From contig CBDIID010000003.1 in NCBI GenBank assembly GCA_965279515.1, forward strand, positions 1,440,001-1,504,000: a DNA stretch of 64,000 bases, given 5' to 3'. Origin of the DNA: Turneriella sp. (lineage in GTDB: Bacteria; Spirochaetota; Leptospiria; Turneriellales; Turneriellaceae). The notes beneath the pieces were generated by a model. The model saw nothing but the letters and a program-made list of their open reading frames with translations, made no database searches and was not told the DNA's origin. Each line of letters begins with the position of its first letter. Positions within the stretch are counted from its first letter, which is position 1. The translations under genes were made by a program, and so were the position numbers. Positions 39,853-48,373 of the stretch are shown in pieces.

Positions 39853-39876
39853 GACGCTGACCGATCGGTCAGCGTC
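39853..39876. promoter_or_regulatory. Perfect 24-bp palindrome, likely TetR operator
   Basis: GACGCTGACCGATCGGTCAGCGTC just after TTGACT (39846-51), upstream of desaturase-TetR genes. Confidence 0.75.
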
Positions 39877-39892
39877 AATGCAGTGAGGAAAA

Positions 39893-40873
39893 ATGAAGCC
39901 TAAGGATGTACTGACCTCAGCAGAGATGGAAATCCTGCTGAAAAAATCGGATCTTCGCGGTGCTATGGAAATCCTCAGCAGCTGGGGACTCATCGCTTTT
40001 TCATTTGCGATCGTTGCCCTCTGGCCGCACCTGCCGACGATCTTTGTGCCGATTCTCACCGCGCTCGTCATTCTTGGCAACCGCCATCTCGCGCTGTCGA
40101 TTCTCGTGCACGATGCGGGCCACCACGCGCTCTTTAAGACGAAAGCCCTCAACGAGTTTTTCGGTAAGTGGTTTGCCGCCGCGCCCGAGATGCAGATTCT
40201 CGAAGGCTACCGCAAGTATCATCTGCAACACCATAAATATACCGGCGAAGATTTTCAGGGCGACAAGGGCGATCCTGACATCATTCTCACGCGCAACTAC
40301 CCGATCTCGAAAAAGAGTCTGCGCAAGTGGCTCATCAAAGACCTCACACTGCGTTCGGCGCCGCGTCTCTACCTTGGCCTTCTGGCGATGAATCTCGGCC
40401 TCATGAAGTATGATCTCTCAGGCCGTGTCGTGATGCTGCCCCAGCCGCAAAGATCTGTTTTTGGTTGGATTTCCCTCGGCGCCAAAAACCTCTTTCCGTT
40501 TCTCTTGAGTAATTCCGTGATTTTTACGATTCTCTATCTTACAGGAAACCCGTGGCTCTACCTCTTGTGGATTGTTTCGGCGATGAGCACCTTCCAGTTC
40601 TTTGTGCGCATCCGTTCGATCGCCGAGCACGGCATGCTGCCGCGTGTGAGCGACATGTTCAAAAACACACGCACGACCGAAGTCCGCTGGTGGGAGCGCA
40701 TCACCTTCGCACCCCACCACGTGAACTACCACATGGAGCACCATTTTCTGATGGCGGTGCCGTCGTACCGCCTGCCGCTCATGCACAAGATCTTGAAAAG
40801 CCGCGGCGTGTTCGATAACGTCTATGTGGCGCAGGGGTATGGTGATGTGCTGCGGCTGGCAACGGCGAAGTAG
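39893..40873 (+). CDS. Fatty acid desaturase family protein
   Basis: His boxes HDAGH, HLQHH, EH, HMEHH. Confidence 0.9.
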   Translation: MKPKDVLTSAEMEILLKKSDLRGAMEILSSWGLIAFSFAIVALWPHLPTIFVPILTALVILGNRHLALSILVHDAGHHALFKTKALNEFFGKWFAAAPEMQILEGYRKYHLQHHKYTGEDFQGDKGDPDIILTRNYPISKKSLRKWLIKDLTLRSAPRLYLGLLAMNLGLMKYDLSGRVVMLPQPQRSVFGWISLGAKNLFPFLLSNSVIFTILYLTGNPWLYLLWIVSAMSTFQFFVRIRSIAEHGMLPRVSDMFKNTRTTEVRWWERITFAPHHVNYHMEHHFLMAVPSYRLPLMHKILKSRGVFDNVYVAQGYGDVLRLATAK

Positions 40874-40955
40874 TCCCCACCCCCGGCCCCTCCCCGCATG
40901 CGGGGAGGGGAGTAACGGGCTCCTCCCCCGCTTGCGGGGGAGGCTGGGAGGGGGA
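40874..40955. repeat. REP-like doublet filling desaturase-TetR spacer
   Basis: CCCCTCCCCGC-AT-GCGGGGAGGGG and CCTCCCCCGC-TT-GCGGGGGAGG hairpins with C-rich/G-rich tails. Confidence 0.8.
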
Positions 40956-40956
40956 C

Positions 40957-41568
40957 ATGACTGAATTCCAAATTACCGTCTTCCACTCCGCCCAAGAGCT
41001 CTTCGCGCTCGCGGGCTACGAAGGCACCAGCATTAGTGGTATTGCCGCGAAGGCCGGCATTGCCAAATCGACAGTGTTGCACCATTTTCCGTCAAAGCTC
41101 AGGCTTTACCAAAGGGTGATGAAGTATTCGATCGATCAGTTCACCGCCATTCTCGAAGGCGGCACGGCGGTTGAAGATGCCGAGGCGCAGATTGTCGCCA
41201 CCTTCAACCGCCTGCTGCGCTGGATGATCGCCGAACCAATCCACGCAAAACTCTTGAACCGTATCTTTCTCGATAACCCGCAGTCTGCGCCGGTTGCGGC
41301 GAAGAAGTATTGGCTGCCATTGATGGCTCGGCTCACCGAAATCTTTCCGCCGGATTTCCCCATGGAAAAGGAAGAACTGCGCTTATTTATCCTCTTTATA
41401 ATCAACTCGGTGTTCCAGATGGCGCTGAGTATCGAACTGCAGGTGCTGCTGATCGGCGAGCGTATCAGCCGCGACGAGCTGTGCCGCCGTTATGAAAGTC
41501 TCGTCGCAACGATTATCCGCGAGCGCCTGTTTTCTGCGCCAGAAGTTATCCCCCTAGCCCCCCGCTGA
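40957..41568 (+). CDS. TetR/AcrR family regulator
   Basis: GYEGTSISGIAAKAGIAKSTVLHHFPSK HTH. Confidence 0.9.
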   Translation: MTEFQITVFHSAQELFALAGYEGTSISGIAAKAGIAKSTVLHHFPSKLRLYQRVMKYSIDQFTAILEGGTAVEDAEAQIVATFNRLLRWMIAEPIHAKLLNRIFLDNPQSAPVAAKKYWLPLMARLTEIFPPDFPMEKEELRLFILFIINSVFQMALSIELQVLLIGERISRDELCRRYESLVATIIRERLFSAPEVIPLAPR

Positions 41569-42066
41569 TTTGGCGGAGGCATTTTCTGTCTCGTCGCCGA
41601 AACTGAATTTCAGCAGCGAGTGGAAAAGCCAGGTCACGGCCAACGCAATGATACAGCCCGCAACAACGGCGGCGACGCGCGTGAAGGCCGCTTCCCAGGG
41701 GTTGGTGGCGCCGGTGCTCATCAGCGTGATAATGAGCGCGGCGAGGGTCGAGCGCGAGGCTTCGAGAATTTTCAGGCGGTGGCAGATAAAGAGCGCGACC
41801 GCGGCGCCGGCGATGATGTGCACGGGGTTGGCGATTTCGGCGAACAGAAAAAGCACGCCGGTGAGGCAGCCGACGATGTTGCCTTTGATGCGCATGAAGG
41901 CGAGCGCCTGCGCGTCTTTGCCTTCGGGTGAGAGCACCAGCACGACAGAGATCAACGACCAGATATAGTCGATGCGCGTCACGGCGAACGACAGTGCAAA
42001 GCAGGCGAGCACCCCGGCCGCCACCTTGCCAATATAGACGGCGGTGCTCTTCTTTTCTGGGGTCAT
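41554..42066 (-). CDS. FUSC/aromatic acid exporter family membrane protein
   Basis: WSLISVVLVL, RIKGNIVGC, TRVAAVVAGC. Confidence 0.75.
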   Translation of the reverse strand: MTPEKKSTAVYIGKVAAGVLACFALSFAVTRIDYIWSLISVVLVLSPEGKDAQALAFMRIKGNIVGCLTGVLFLFAEIANPVHIIAGAAVALFICHRLKILEASRSTLAALIITLMSTGATNPWEAAFTRVAAVVAGCIIALAVTWLFHSLLKFSFGDETENASAKSAGG

Positions 42067-42110
42067 GCTTGTGTTTACACTATACAAAAAGATGGGGAGG
42101 ATGGAAAATA

Positions 42111-42371
42111 ATGCTGAAAAAACTCGAAAAATTCATGGAAGCCTATGGCAAGCTGAAGTGGTCAGTATGGTTTTGGGCGCTCGTCGTCATTGTGCCGGTC
42201 AGCCTAGTGCTCGCTGCCTACGATGGCGTGCGGCTACTTTTGGGCACGGTTCCACCACAGAGCCACGCAAAAGCCGTGGAGAACGTCGCCATTCGCGGCG
42301 TGGCTGGCGTGGTGTTGGGATTGATCTGGTACTTCATGATGTATCGGCCGGCGGCGCGGGAGAAGAAATAA
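42111..42371 (+). CDS. Small two-TM membrane protein
   Basis: MLKKLEKFMEAYGKLKWSVWFWALVV...; GGAGG upstream. Confidence 0.6.
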   Translation: MLKKLEKFMEAYGKLKWSVWFWALVVIVPVSLVLAAYDGVRLLLGTVPPQSHAKAVENVAIRGVAGVVLGLIWYFMMYRPAAREKK

Positions 42372-42479
42372 TGCCGCCGATGAATCAGGCTCCAAGTGCT
42401 GCCGCCGGAAGAGCGTTAGTGGCTTTGGGGTAAGTCTTGCCTTAGCCCTCGAGTTATTTGGTGGCAGTATAAAAATTAC

Positions 42480-42508
42480 TTGCCCCCGCACATAACGCCA
42501 CATACATT
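42480..42508 (+). promoter_or_regulatory. Sigma70 promoter, leaderless
   Basis: TTGCCC-17-TACATT-6-ATG(42515). Confidence 0.55.
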
Positions 42509-42514
42509 AAGCAC

Positions 42515-42772
42515 ATGAGCAGTGCCACGTTAGAAAGAATCCGGCAGGAAGCTGAATCTTTGACGCCAGATGAAAAACTTTCTTTAGCAGAACATCTTTG
42601 GTCTAGCTTACCCGAAGACCCGGAAATTGAAAAAGCGTGGCTTGAAGAGGCACAGCGTCGCTCTAAAGAAATTGATGCGGGAACAGCGAAGCTGACGCCA
42701 TGGACAGAGCTGCAAGCCGAACTGAAGAGCCATCTTGCACAGAAAATTTCACACTGCGCGTTTCCCGTATAA
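42515..42772 (+). CDS. Putative addiction-module antitoxin with aberrant C-terminus
   Basis: EKLSLAEHLWSSL...EKAWLEEAQRRSKEIDAG...PWTEL. Confidence 0.85.
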   Translation: MSSATLERIRQEAESLTPDEKLSLAEHLWSSLPEDPEIEKAWLEEAQRRSKEIDAGTAKLTPWTELQAELKSHLAQKISHCAFPV

Positions 42773-42863
42773 CATTATTTACCGCGAAGCCGGCGATATT
42801 CTGTATGTTATCGCAGTTGCCCACCATAGTCGCAAACCTGGCTATTGGCTGAAAGAAAGTTAG
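42735..42863 (+). pseudogene. C-terminal remnant of ParE/RelE-family toxin
   Basis: Own translation RKFHTARFPYNIIYREAGDILYVIAVAHHSRKPGYWLKES*; in-frame TGA at 42723, so N-terminal half is absent. Confidence 0.8.
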
Positions 42864-43282
42864 TGGCGGACGTTCACGACAAGAAGACGCGGCGTTATAA
42901 CATGAGCCGGATTCGGGGGAAGGATACGAAGCCGGAGCTCATTGTCCGGAAGTTTTTATGGTCGCAGGGGTATCGGTACCGGCTCAACGACAAGAAGCTG
43001 CCGGGGAAGCCGGATATTGTCCTGCATAAGTACAAGACGATCATCTTTGTGCATGGATGCTTCTGGCACGGGCATCAAAATTGTAAGTATTTTGTTCTCC
43101 CCAAGACACGAACGAAGTGGTGGAAAGATAAAATTGAAGCGACACAGAAGAGAGACAAGCGCATGGCGTGGCTGCTTAGGAAGTTGGGGTGGAAAGTGAT
43201 TAGCGTCTATGAGTGTAAGTTGAAGCCGGATAAGAAAGATTTGACACTGAAAAAGCTCGGGAAAAATGTTTCCGTCTTGTAA
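42863..43282 (+). CDS. vsr: Very-short-patch repair endonuclease
   Basis: MADVHDKKTRRYNMSRIRGKDTKPE, LPGKPD, FVHGCFWHGH; GTG overlaps upstream TAG. Confidence 0.95.
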   Translation: MADVHDKKTRRYNMSRIRGKDTKPELIVRKFLWSQGYRYRLNDKKLPGKPDIVLHKYKTIIFVHGCFWHGHQNCKYFVLPKTRTKWWKDKIEATQKRDKRMAWLLRKLGWKVISVYECKLKPDKKDLTLKKLGKNVSVL

Positions 43283-43291
43283 TTTTCAAAG

Positions 43292-44509
43292 ATGACATCG
43301 CCTACCTCTTCTATGAACTATCCCCTGACGAAATTCCTGAATTCTGTTCGAGGTAGTGACTGGGTGTGGCTAGCAAAGAGGCTATCTGGAAATGATACAC
43401 AATTAACGGGTGGCCACCAAGCGGGCCCCTATATCCCAAAATCATTCGTCTTGGATCGCTTTCCCGGTTTAAAGCGCAATGAGCTAAACCCGCGAGCCGA
43501 ATTACCAGTTTCAGTTGTTTCGCACGACGGACCAGAAACGACTGTCAAAGTTATTTGGTACAATAACAAGGTTCAGGGGGATGGAACCCGTGATGAGTGT
43601 CGGCTAACTAACTGGGGTGGTCAGGATTCGCCGCTCCTTGACCCTGAAAATACAGGGGCGTTATGTATATTTGCCTTCCATCAGCCCAAGTCTACTAAAG
43701 ACGCTGATTTTTGCAAGACTTGGCTTTGCTTGGATAGTCACCAAGAAGACATAGTTGAGGCAGAAATCGGTGAGGTTTCGCCTGGGAATTATGTAGTCAG
43801 AAATTCAGAACTCGTTGCGCCATCACGAGATACCTGTTCCCTGAATGAAACAGATATTCCGAGTGAGTGGCTGATCGCCCTACCAACCGGAGAGGAATTG
43901 GTTAGAAAGTCAATAGAATTTAGACCAGAATTCCGTAAGCTGGAGCCCGATATTCGCCTGCTACGCCGGCGAGATTGCGAGTACGAAATGTTCCTCAGCC
44001 TCGAGCGCATCCTTGTATTGCCAAAAATCCGAACAGGTTTTAGAACTGTAGACGAATTTATATCTCTGGCAAATTCCGTTGGAAATACCAGAAAATCAAG
44101 GTCCGGGAGATCCCTGGAATTTCATGCAATGCAGATTTTCGAAGAAGAGGGGATGACTGCTTTTTCATACAACCAGATTACGGAAGGAAGAAAAAAGCCT
44201 GACTTCATATTTCCATCTGCTGAGGCTTATCACGATAAATCCTTCCCGACGAAAAATCTCGCGATGCTTGGTGTGAAGACCACCTGCAAAGACCGATGGC
44301 GCCAGATTTTATCTGAGGCAGATCGGATTCCGATGAAACACTTACTCACGCTACAGCAGGGGGTTTCGGAAAACCAGTTTGAGGAAATGAAATCGGCTGG
44401 CGTTACTTTAGTCGTGCCCAGAAAACTACACGACTCCTTCCCTCAGAAAATCCGGCCAGAATTAATGGATTTATCAAGTTTTATCCGATGGCGCGCTAAC
44501 ATAACCTAA
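43292..44509 (+). CDS. EcoRII-like type IIE restriction endonuclease
   Basis: N domain KRLSGNDTQLTGGHQAGPYIP; C domain RKSRSGRSLE, KKPDFIFP, KTTCKDRWRQIL. Confidence 0.9.
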   Translation: MTSPTSSMNYPLTKFLNSVRGSDWVWLAKRLSGNDTQLTGGHQAGPYIPKSFVLDRFPGLKRNELNPRAELPVSVVSHDGPETTVKVIWYNNKVQGDGTRDECRLTNWGGQDSPLLDPENTGALCIFAFHQPKSTKDADFCKTWLCLDSHQEDIVEAEIGEVSPGNYVVRNSELVAPSRDTCSLNETDIPSEWLIALPTGEELVRKSIEFRPEFRKLEPDIRLLRRRDCEYEMFLSLERILVLPKIRTGFRTVDEFISLANSVGNTRKSRSGRSLEFHAMQIFEEEGMTAFSYNQITEGRKKPDFIFPSAEAYHDKSFPTKNLAMLGVKTTCKDRWRQILSEADRIPMKHLLTLQQGVSENQFEEMKSAGVTLVVPRKLHDSFPQKIRPELMDLSSFIRWRANIT

Positions 44510-44579
44510 AACTAGGCAATTTCAGATAAAAGTTCAATCCCGGTTGACACGGTAATACTCGAATCAGCCGTACCAAATT

Positions 44580-45593
44580 ATGTCACATAATGGGACATTC
44601 ATTGATCTCTTCGCCGGCATAGGCGGCATCCGGCTAGCTTTGCAACAGCTTGACTTGGAATGTGTCTTCTCTTCCGAATGGGATCGTTTTTCCCAAATTA
44701 CATACGAGACCAATTTCGGGGAAAAGCCCGCTGGTGATATCACGAAGATCGACCCAGCTGAAATTCCCGATCACGACATTCTTACGGGCGGCTTCCCTTG
44801 CCAGCCGTTTTCAATCGCGGGCGTCTCTAAGAAGAATAGCTTGGGTCGCCAACATGGCTTTCTCGATCAAACCCAAGGTACTTTGTTTTTCAACGTGGCC
44901 AAAATTATCGAAGCAAAGCGACCTAAGGCTTTCTTACTTGAAAATGTTAAGAACCTACGCAGCCATGATAAAGGTCGCACTTTTACCGTTATTCAGAATA
45001 CTCTGACGGATTTAGATTATTGGATTTTTGATCAGGTCTTGGATGGCAAACATTTCGTCCCTCAGCATCGGGAGCGGATCATCATCGTGGGCTTTAACAA
45101 AAAACATTTTCCGGAAAAGCCAGATTTCCAGTTCCCGAGAATTATTACCGCGGCAAAGAAACTGGAAGATATACTCGAAGCGAGTGTAGATAAGAAGTAC
45201 ACGCTGTCAGATCATTTGTGGAAATATTTACAAAATTACGCAGAGAAACACCGGGCAAAAGGTAATGGGTTTGGCTTTGGCCTTGCAGATCCGAAAGGGA
45301 TTACACGGACTTTGAGTGCTAGGTACTACAAAGATGGGTCGGAAATTTTAATTCCACGGAAATCAGGCGCACCACGCCGCCTCACGCCACGTGAATGTGC
45401 CAGACTTCAGGGATTTCCTGATAGCTTTAAGATTCCAGTATCTGATACGCAAGCATACAAACAATTTGGCAACTCAGTTGTTGTACCCCTCATAAATATC
45501 GTAGGGAAAGAAATCATTAATATCCTGAATCAAGTACCGGAACAAAAACATTCACCTAAACGTACAGGTCGACATCTCGCAGAAGCTGTTTAA
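44580..45593 (+). CDS. dcm: DNA (cytosine-5) methyltransferase, Dcm/M.EcoRII-like
   Basis: [54 protein letters not shown]. Confidence 0.95.
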   Translation: MSHNGTFIDLFAGIGGIRLALQQLDLECVFSSEWDRFSQITYETNFGEKPAGDITKIDPAEIPDHDILTGGFPCQPFSIAGVSKKNSLGRQHGFLDQTQGTLFFNVAKIIEAKRPKAFLLENVKNLRSHDKGRTFTVIQNTLTDLDYWIFDQVLDGKHFVPQHRERIIIVGFNKKHFPEKPDFQFPRIITAAKKLEDILEASVDKKYTLSDHLWKYLQNYAEKHRAKGNGFGFGLADPKGITRTLSARYYKDGSEILIPRKSGAPRRLTPRECARLQGFPDSFKIPVSDTQAYKQFGNSVVVPLINIVGKEIINILNQVPEQKHSPKRTGRHLAEAV

Positions 45594-45655
45594 TTTTTTT
45601 TAAAACGTCGGCAAATTTTCTTGACGCCAGGAATTAGCCAAGCCCACCTCGTACC

Positions 45656-45919
45656 ATGAAAGCAAGAACTGAACTACGGAATGTCAAAAATTGGGTTCGC
45701 GATATGCTTTATGTGAAGGATGTTAATTTTCATCCAGATACGCCCATCGCCGAATACGTTACCCCAGCTGGCACTGCCACCTTTCCGAAGCCGAGAAGTT
45801 TGCAGAACCAATTAAATAAATTCTTCACCATCTGTGAAAACCACGACACAGACATTTATAAGTTTTCCTTACCCATTTTCCGGGCATATCTTAAAACAAG
45901 GCTCTCTTTGACCCGTTAA
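45656..45919 (+). CDS. Small hypothetical protein
   Basis: 87-aa AT-rich ORF, TTGACG upstream. Confidence 0.55.
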   Translation: MKARTELRNVKNWVRDMLYVKDVNFHPDTPIAEYVTPAGTATFPKPRSLQNQLNKFFTICENHDTDIYKFSLPIFRAYLKTRLSLTR

Positions 45920-46029
45920 TACCCCGCCGCGGTTCGGCTCCGCTCTCTAAGGAGAGACTCGCATCGGTGCGGTGTCGAAGTGACCGCATCAGTTTGATAT
46001 TTCCTGTAAATCCCAGAATCCAAAATAAT

Positions 46030-46065
46030 TTGACAATGTGTATAAATCGACCATTTTATGTGTAT
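46030..46065 (+). promoter_or_regulatory. vapB promoter with ATGTGTAT direct repeats
   Basis: TTGACA-16-CATTTT-6-ATG; ATGTGTAT at 46036-43 and 46058-65. Confidence 0.5.
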
Positions 46066-46258
46066 GCGCACCAACATCGTTCTCGACGACAAACTCGTCA
46101 AAGAGGCCATGAAACTCAGCGGCAAAAAGACCAAGCGCGAGCTGGTCGACTATGCACTGCATGAACTCATCAACATGCACAAGCGCCGGCAATTGCTGAA
46201 TCTCAGGGGTAAAATCCATTGGGAGGGCGACCTCGATGCCATGCGTGAAACCCGATGA
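46064..46258 (+). CDS. vapB: VapB-family antitoxin
   Basis: MRTNIVLDDKLVKEAM..TKRELVDYAL..WEGDLDAMR. Confidence 0.9.
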   Translation: MRTNIVLDDKLVKEAMKLSGKKTKRELVDYALHELINMHKRRQLLNLRGKIHWEGDLDAMRETR

Positions 46259-46659
46259 CCCGGCGGCCCGTACTTGTCGATACGTCGGTCTGGATCGAGT
46301 ATCTGCGTGCGACCAGCGGGCCTGAGGGTGATCTTTTAGGCAAACTTCTAAGCAATGACCTGGTCACGGTGTGCCCGCTGATTTTTCAGGAGGTTCTTCA
46401 GGGAATCAGGGAACCGACAGAGTATGCTCAAACTAAAGAATTACTCGATTCCCTGCCACGCCTTAACGCCGAGCCCTATGCAGCAGCCATCGGTGCCGCA
46501 GAGATTTTCAGAAAACTTAGGCGGCAGGGGATAACGATCCGCAAATCGAATGATTGTCTGATTGCCTGGTATGCGCTCAATGCAGGATGTTCCGTTTTCC
46601 ATAAGGATCGCGATTTCGATCTGATGGAAAAACCCCTGTCCCTCAAAGTTTTGCACTAA
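46255..46659 (+). CDS. vapC: VapC PIN-domain toxin
   Basis: VLVDTSVWI, QEVLQG, DCLIA, HKDRDF; ATGA overlap. Confidence 0.92.
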   Translation: MTRRPVLVDTSVWIEYLRATSGPEGDLLGKLLSNDLVTVCPLIFQEVLQGIREPTEYAQTKELLDSLPRLNAEPYAAAIGAAEIFRKLRRQGITIRKSNDCLIAWYALNAGCSVFHKDRDFDLMEKPLSLKVLH

Positions 46660-46692
46660 TCGCCTACTGGGTTTCGGCAATATTCAATCCCC
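46660..46692 (+). repeat. 33-bp direct repeat, copy A
   Basis: TCGCCTACTGGGTTTCGGCAATATTCAATCCCC; 32/33 identical to 47299-47331. Confidence 0.9.
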
Positions 46693-46693
46693 A

Positions 46694-47185
46694 CTACCCC
46701 GCCAGCTTCAGCTCCACCGCGCCGCTCTTCAGATACTCCACACGCGTGCCCATCAGGTAATCCGCCAACGGATACGTAATACACCAGTTCGCATCCTGAT
46801 CCTTACCCATGTGATGGTCATAGTGCCACGGCAAATGCTGCTTCGCCCACTCCGGATCCAAATGCGCCTTCGTGTGCAGCGCGAAGTAAAGACCAATGTG
46901 CGTCCACACGCCCAGCGTAAAGAACGGCGCGATCGGAAAAAGCGGCAGGTGCGCCGCGGCCGCGCCGGCGAGAAGCAGCGCTTCTTTCGTGAGTGTCGAA
47001 TCGAGCTTAAAACCCGCGTCATAGTCCGGGTCGCGGAAACCGTTGCGGCGCACCTGCTTGTGGTGGTCTTTCCAGTGAAAACTCCAGAAGCTCTCGCGCT
47101 TACGCCCGAGTTCGTGCAGCACATACTTGTGTAAAATCCATTCGCCTGCGTTGCCGTAGACGAGGCCAGCCAGATACGATAACAT
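46694..47185 (-). CDS. Fatty acid hydroxylase/sterol desaturase-like protein
   Basis: EWILHKYVLH, HWKDHH, HTKAH, WHYDHH, DYLMGT. Confidence 0.8.
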   Translation of the reverse strand: MLSYLAGLVYGNAGEWILHKYVLHELGRKRESFWSFHWKDHHKQVRRNGFRDPDYDAGFKLDSTLTKEALLLAGAAAAHLPLFPIAPFFTLGVWTHIGLYFALHTKAHLDPEWAKQHLPWHYDHHMGKDQDANWCITYPLADYLMGTRVEYLKSGAVELKLAG

Positions 47186-47288
47186 GGCCTCGGAAGATAA
47201 AATCACGATAAGAGGTCAACGACTCCGCCGGCAGCCCGGTCAGCTAGCAATCCCCTTGACCAGCGCGGTTGAGCTGAAAGCCATAGAC

Positions 47289-47885
47289 ATGCACCGCTTC
47301 GCCTACTGGGTTTCGGCAATATTTAATCCCCTCTTCATCGGTATTCCCGTCATGCTCGCCATCGGCGTCGCCGAAATGGGCATCCGCTGGGACGCCACGC
47401 CCACCGTGCTCGCCGCGATCTTCGTCATGTGCATCGTCCCCACCGCTTACGTCATCGTGCTCATGAAGCGCGGCGTGTTCGAAAATTTTCATGTGTCAGA
47501 CCGCCGCCAGCGCAAATATCTTTTCCCGGTGTTAATCCTCTGCTTTGCGATCACGGTCTTTCTGCTGTGGCGCGACCCGGCGATCGGCCGCCTCGTCGTG
47601 GCGACGCTGGCTTTCGGTCTGCCCAATGTGATCCTGATTGCGCTGATTTCACTGCGCTTCAAGGTCAGCCTGCACTGCGCAGGCATCGGCGGCATGCTGC
47701 CCGCTGTTGCATATCCCTTTGGTAAAGCGGGATTGATCCTTGGCATCGCAAGTCTTGCGCTCACAGGCTGGAGCCGCGTAAAACTGCGCGAACATTCACT
47801 CGCCGAGGTTATCGCTGGTTCCATTCTCGGCACGGCATCGATGGCATGCGAACTTGCCTGGATCTTCGGCTGGCCGCGGCTGTAG
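47289..47885 (+). CDS. PAP2-superfamily-like membrane protein
   Basis: KVSLH, WSRVKLREHSLAEVIAG; multiple TM. Confidence 0.75.
   Translation: MHRFAYWVSAIFNPLFIGIPVMLAIGVAEMGIRWDATPTVLAAIFVMCIVPTAYVIVLMKRGVFENFHVSDRRQRKYLFPVLILCFAITVFLLWRDPAIGRLVVATLAFGLPNVILIALISLRFKVSLHCAGIGGMLPAVAYPFGKAGLILGIASLALTGWSRVKLREHSLAEVIAGSILGTASMACELAWIFGWPRL
47299..47331 (+). repeat. 33-bp direct repeat, copy B (in PAP2-like CDS)
   Basis: TCGCCTACTGGGTTTCGGCAATATTTAATCCCC. Confidence 0.9.
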
Positions 47886-47910
47886 AGGAAGGGCATCCCC
47901 GAGCTGCCAC

Positions 47911-48132
47911 CTAGTTTTCGAACAAAGCCTTTTCCAGGCCGCTCTGCCGAATAATAGATTGTAAGGTGCCGATCTTAATTTCCTTATGATTCGGTACGAT
48001 GGCGGTATAGGTCCGGTTTTCCTGAACCCTTTGCATTACGATATGGCTGCCTTTTTGCCGGATCTCTGAAAAACCCTGTTGTTTCAATAACCTGCAAAGC
48101 TCACCGGCTGAAAAAACTCTGAGTCGACCCAT
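47911..48132 (-). CDS. hicA: HicA-family toxin
   Basis: GFSEIRQKGSH, VPNHKEIKIGTLQSIIRQSGL. Confidence 0.92.
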   Translation of the reverse strand: MGRLRVFSAGELCRLLKQQGFSEIRQKGSHIVMQRVQENRTYTAIVPNHKEIKIGTLQSIIRQSGLEKALFEN

Positions 48133-48338
48133 TAAGTGCTAACTGTGGTTACGAACATTTCCGAATGAATGCGCCGTTGCTTTTCTTCTTCGGATGCATG
48201 CTCGAGGAATAAGTCGATAGCCTCTTTCAGGTTGCTTTTCGCGTCTTCGATCGTGGTCCCCTGGCTTGACACATCCAGTTCAGGGCAAAATGATACATAC
48301 GCACCATCTTCTTTATGAATCAATGCGGTGTAGTTCAT
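48132..48338 (-). CDS. hicB: HicB-family antitoxin (short form)
   Basis: YVSFCPELDVSSQGTTIEDAKSNLKEAIDLFL; ATG 48338. Confidence 0.9.
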   Translation of the reverse strand: MNYTALIHKEDGAYVSFCPELDVSSQGTTIEDAKSNLKEAIDLFLEHASEEEKQRRIHSEMFVTTVST

Positions 48339-48344
48339 AGGTTC

Positions 48345-48373
48345 ATTATACGAAAGCTTTTCCATAGAATCAA
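48345..48373 (-). promoter_or_regulatory. Near-consensus sigma70 promoter of hicBA, leaderless
   Basis: Minus strand TTGATT-17-TATAAT-6-ATG. Confidence 0.75.

Noticed and set aside
41548..41568. ATCCCCCTAGCCCCCC as a REP remnant at the TetR/FUSC overlap
   Set aside because: No complementary G-rich arm, so no hairpin.
45925..45990. Possible second REP family (TTCGGCTCCGCTC ... GTGCGGTGTCGAAG)
   Set aside because: Only about 10/13 inverted match and no second copy seen in the window.
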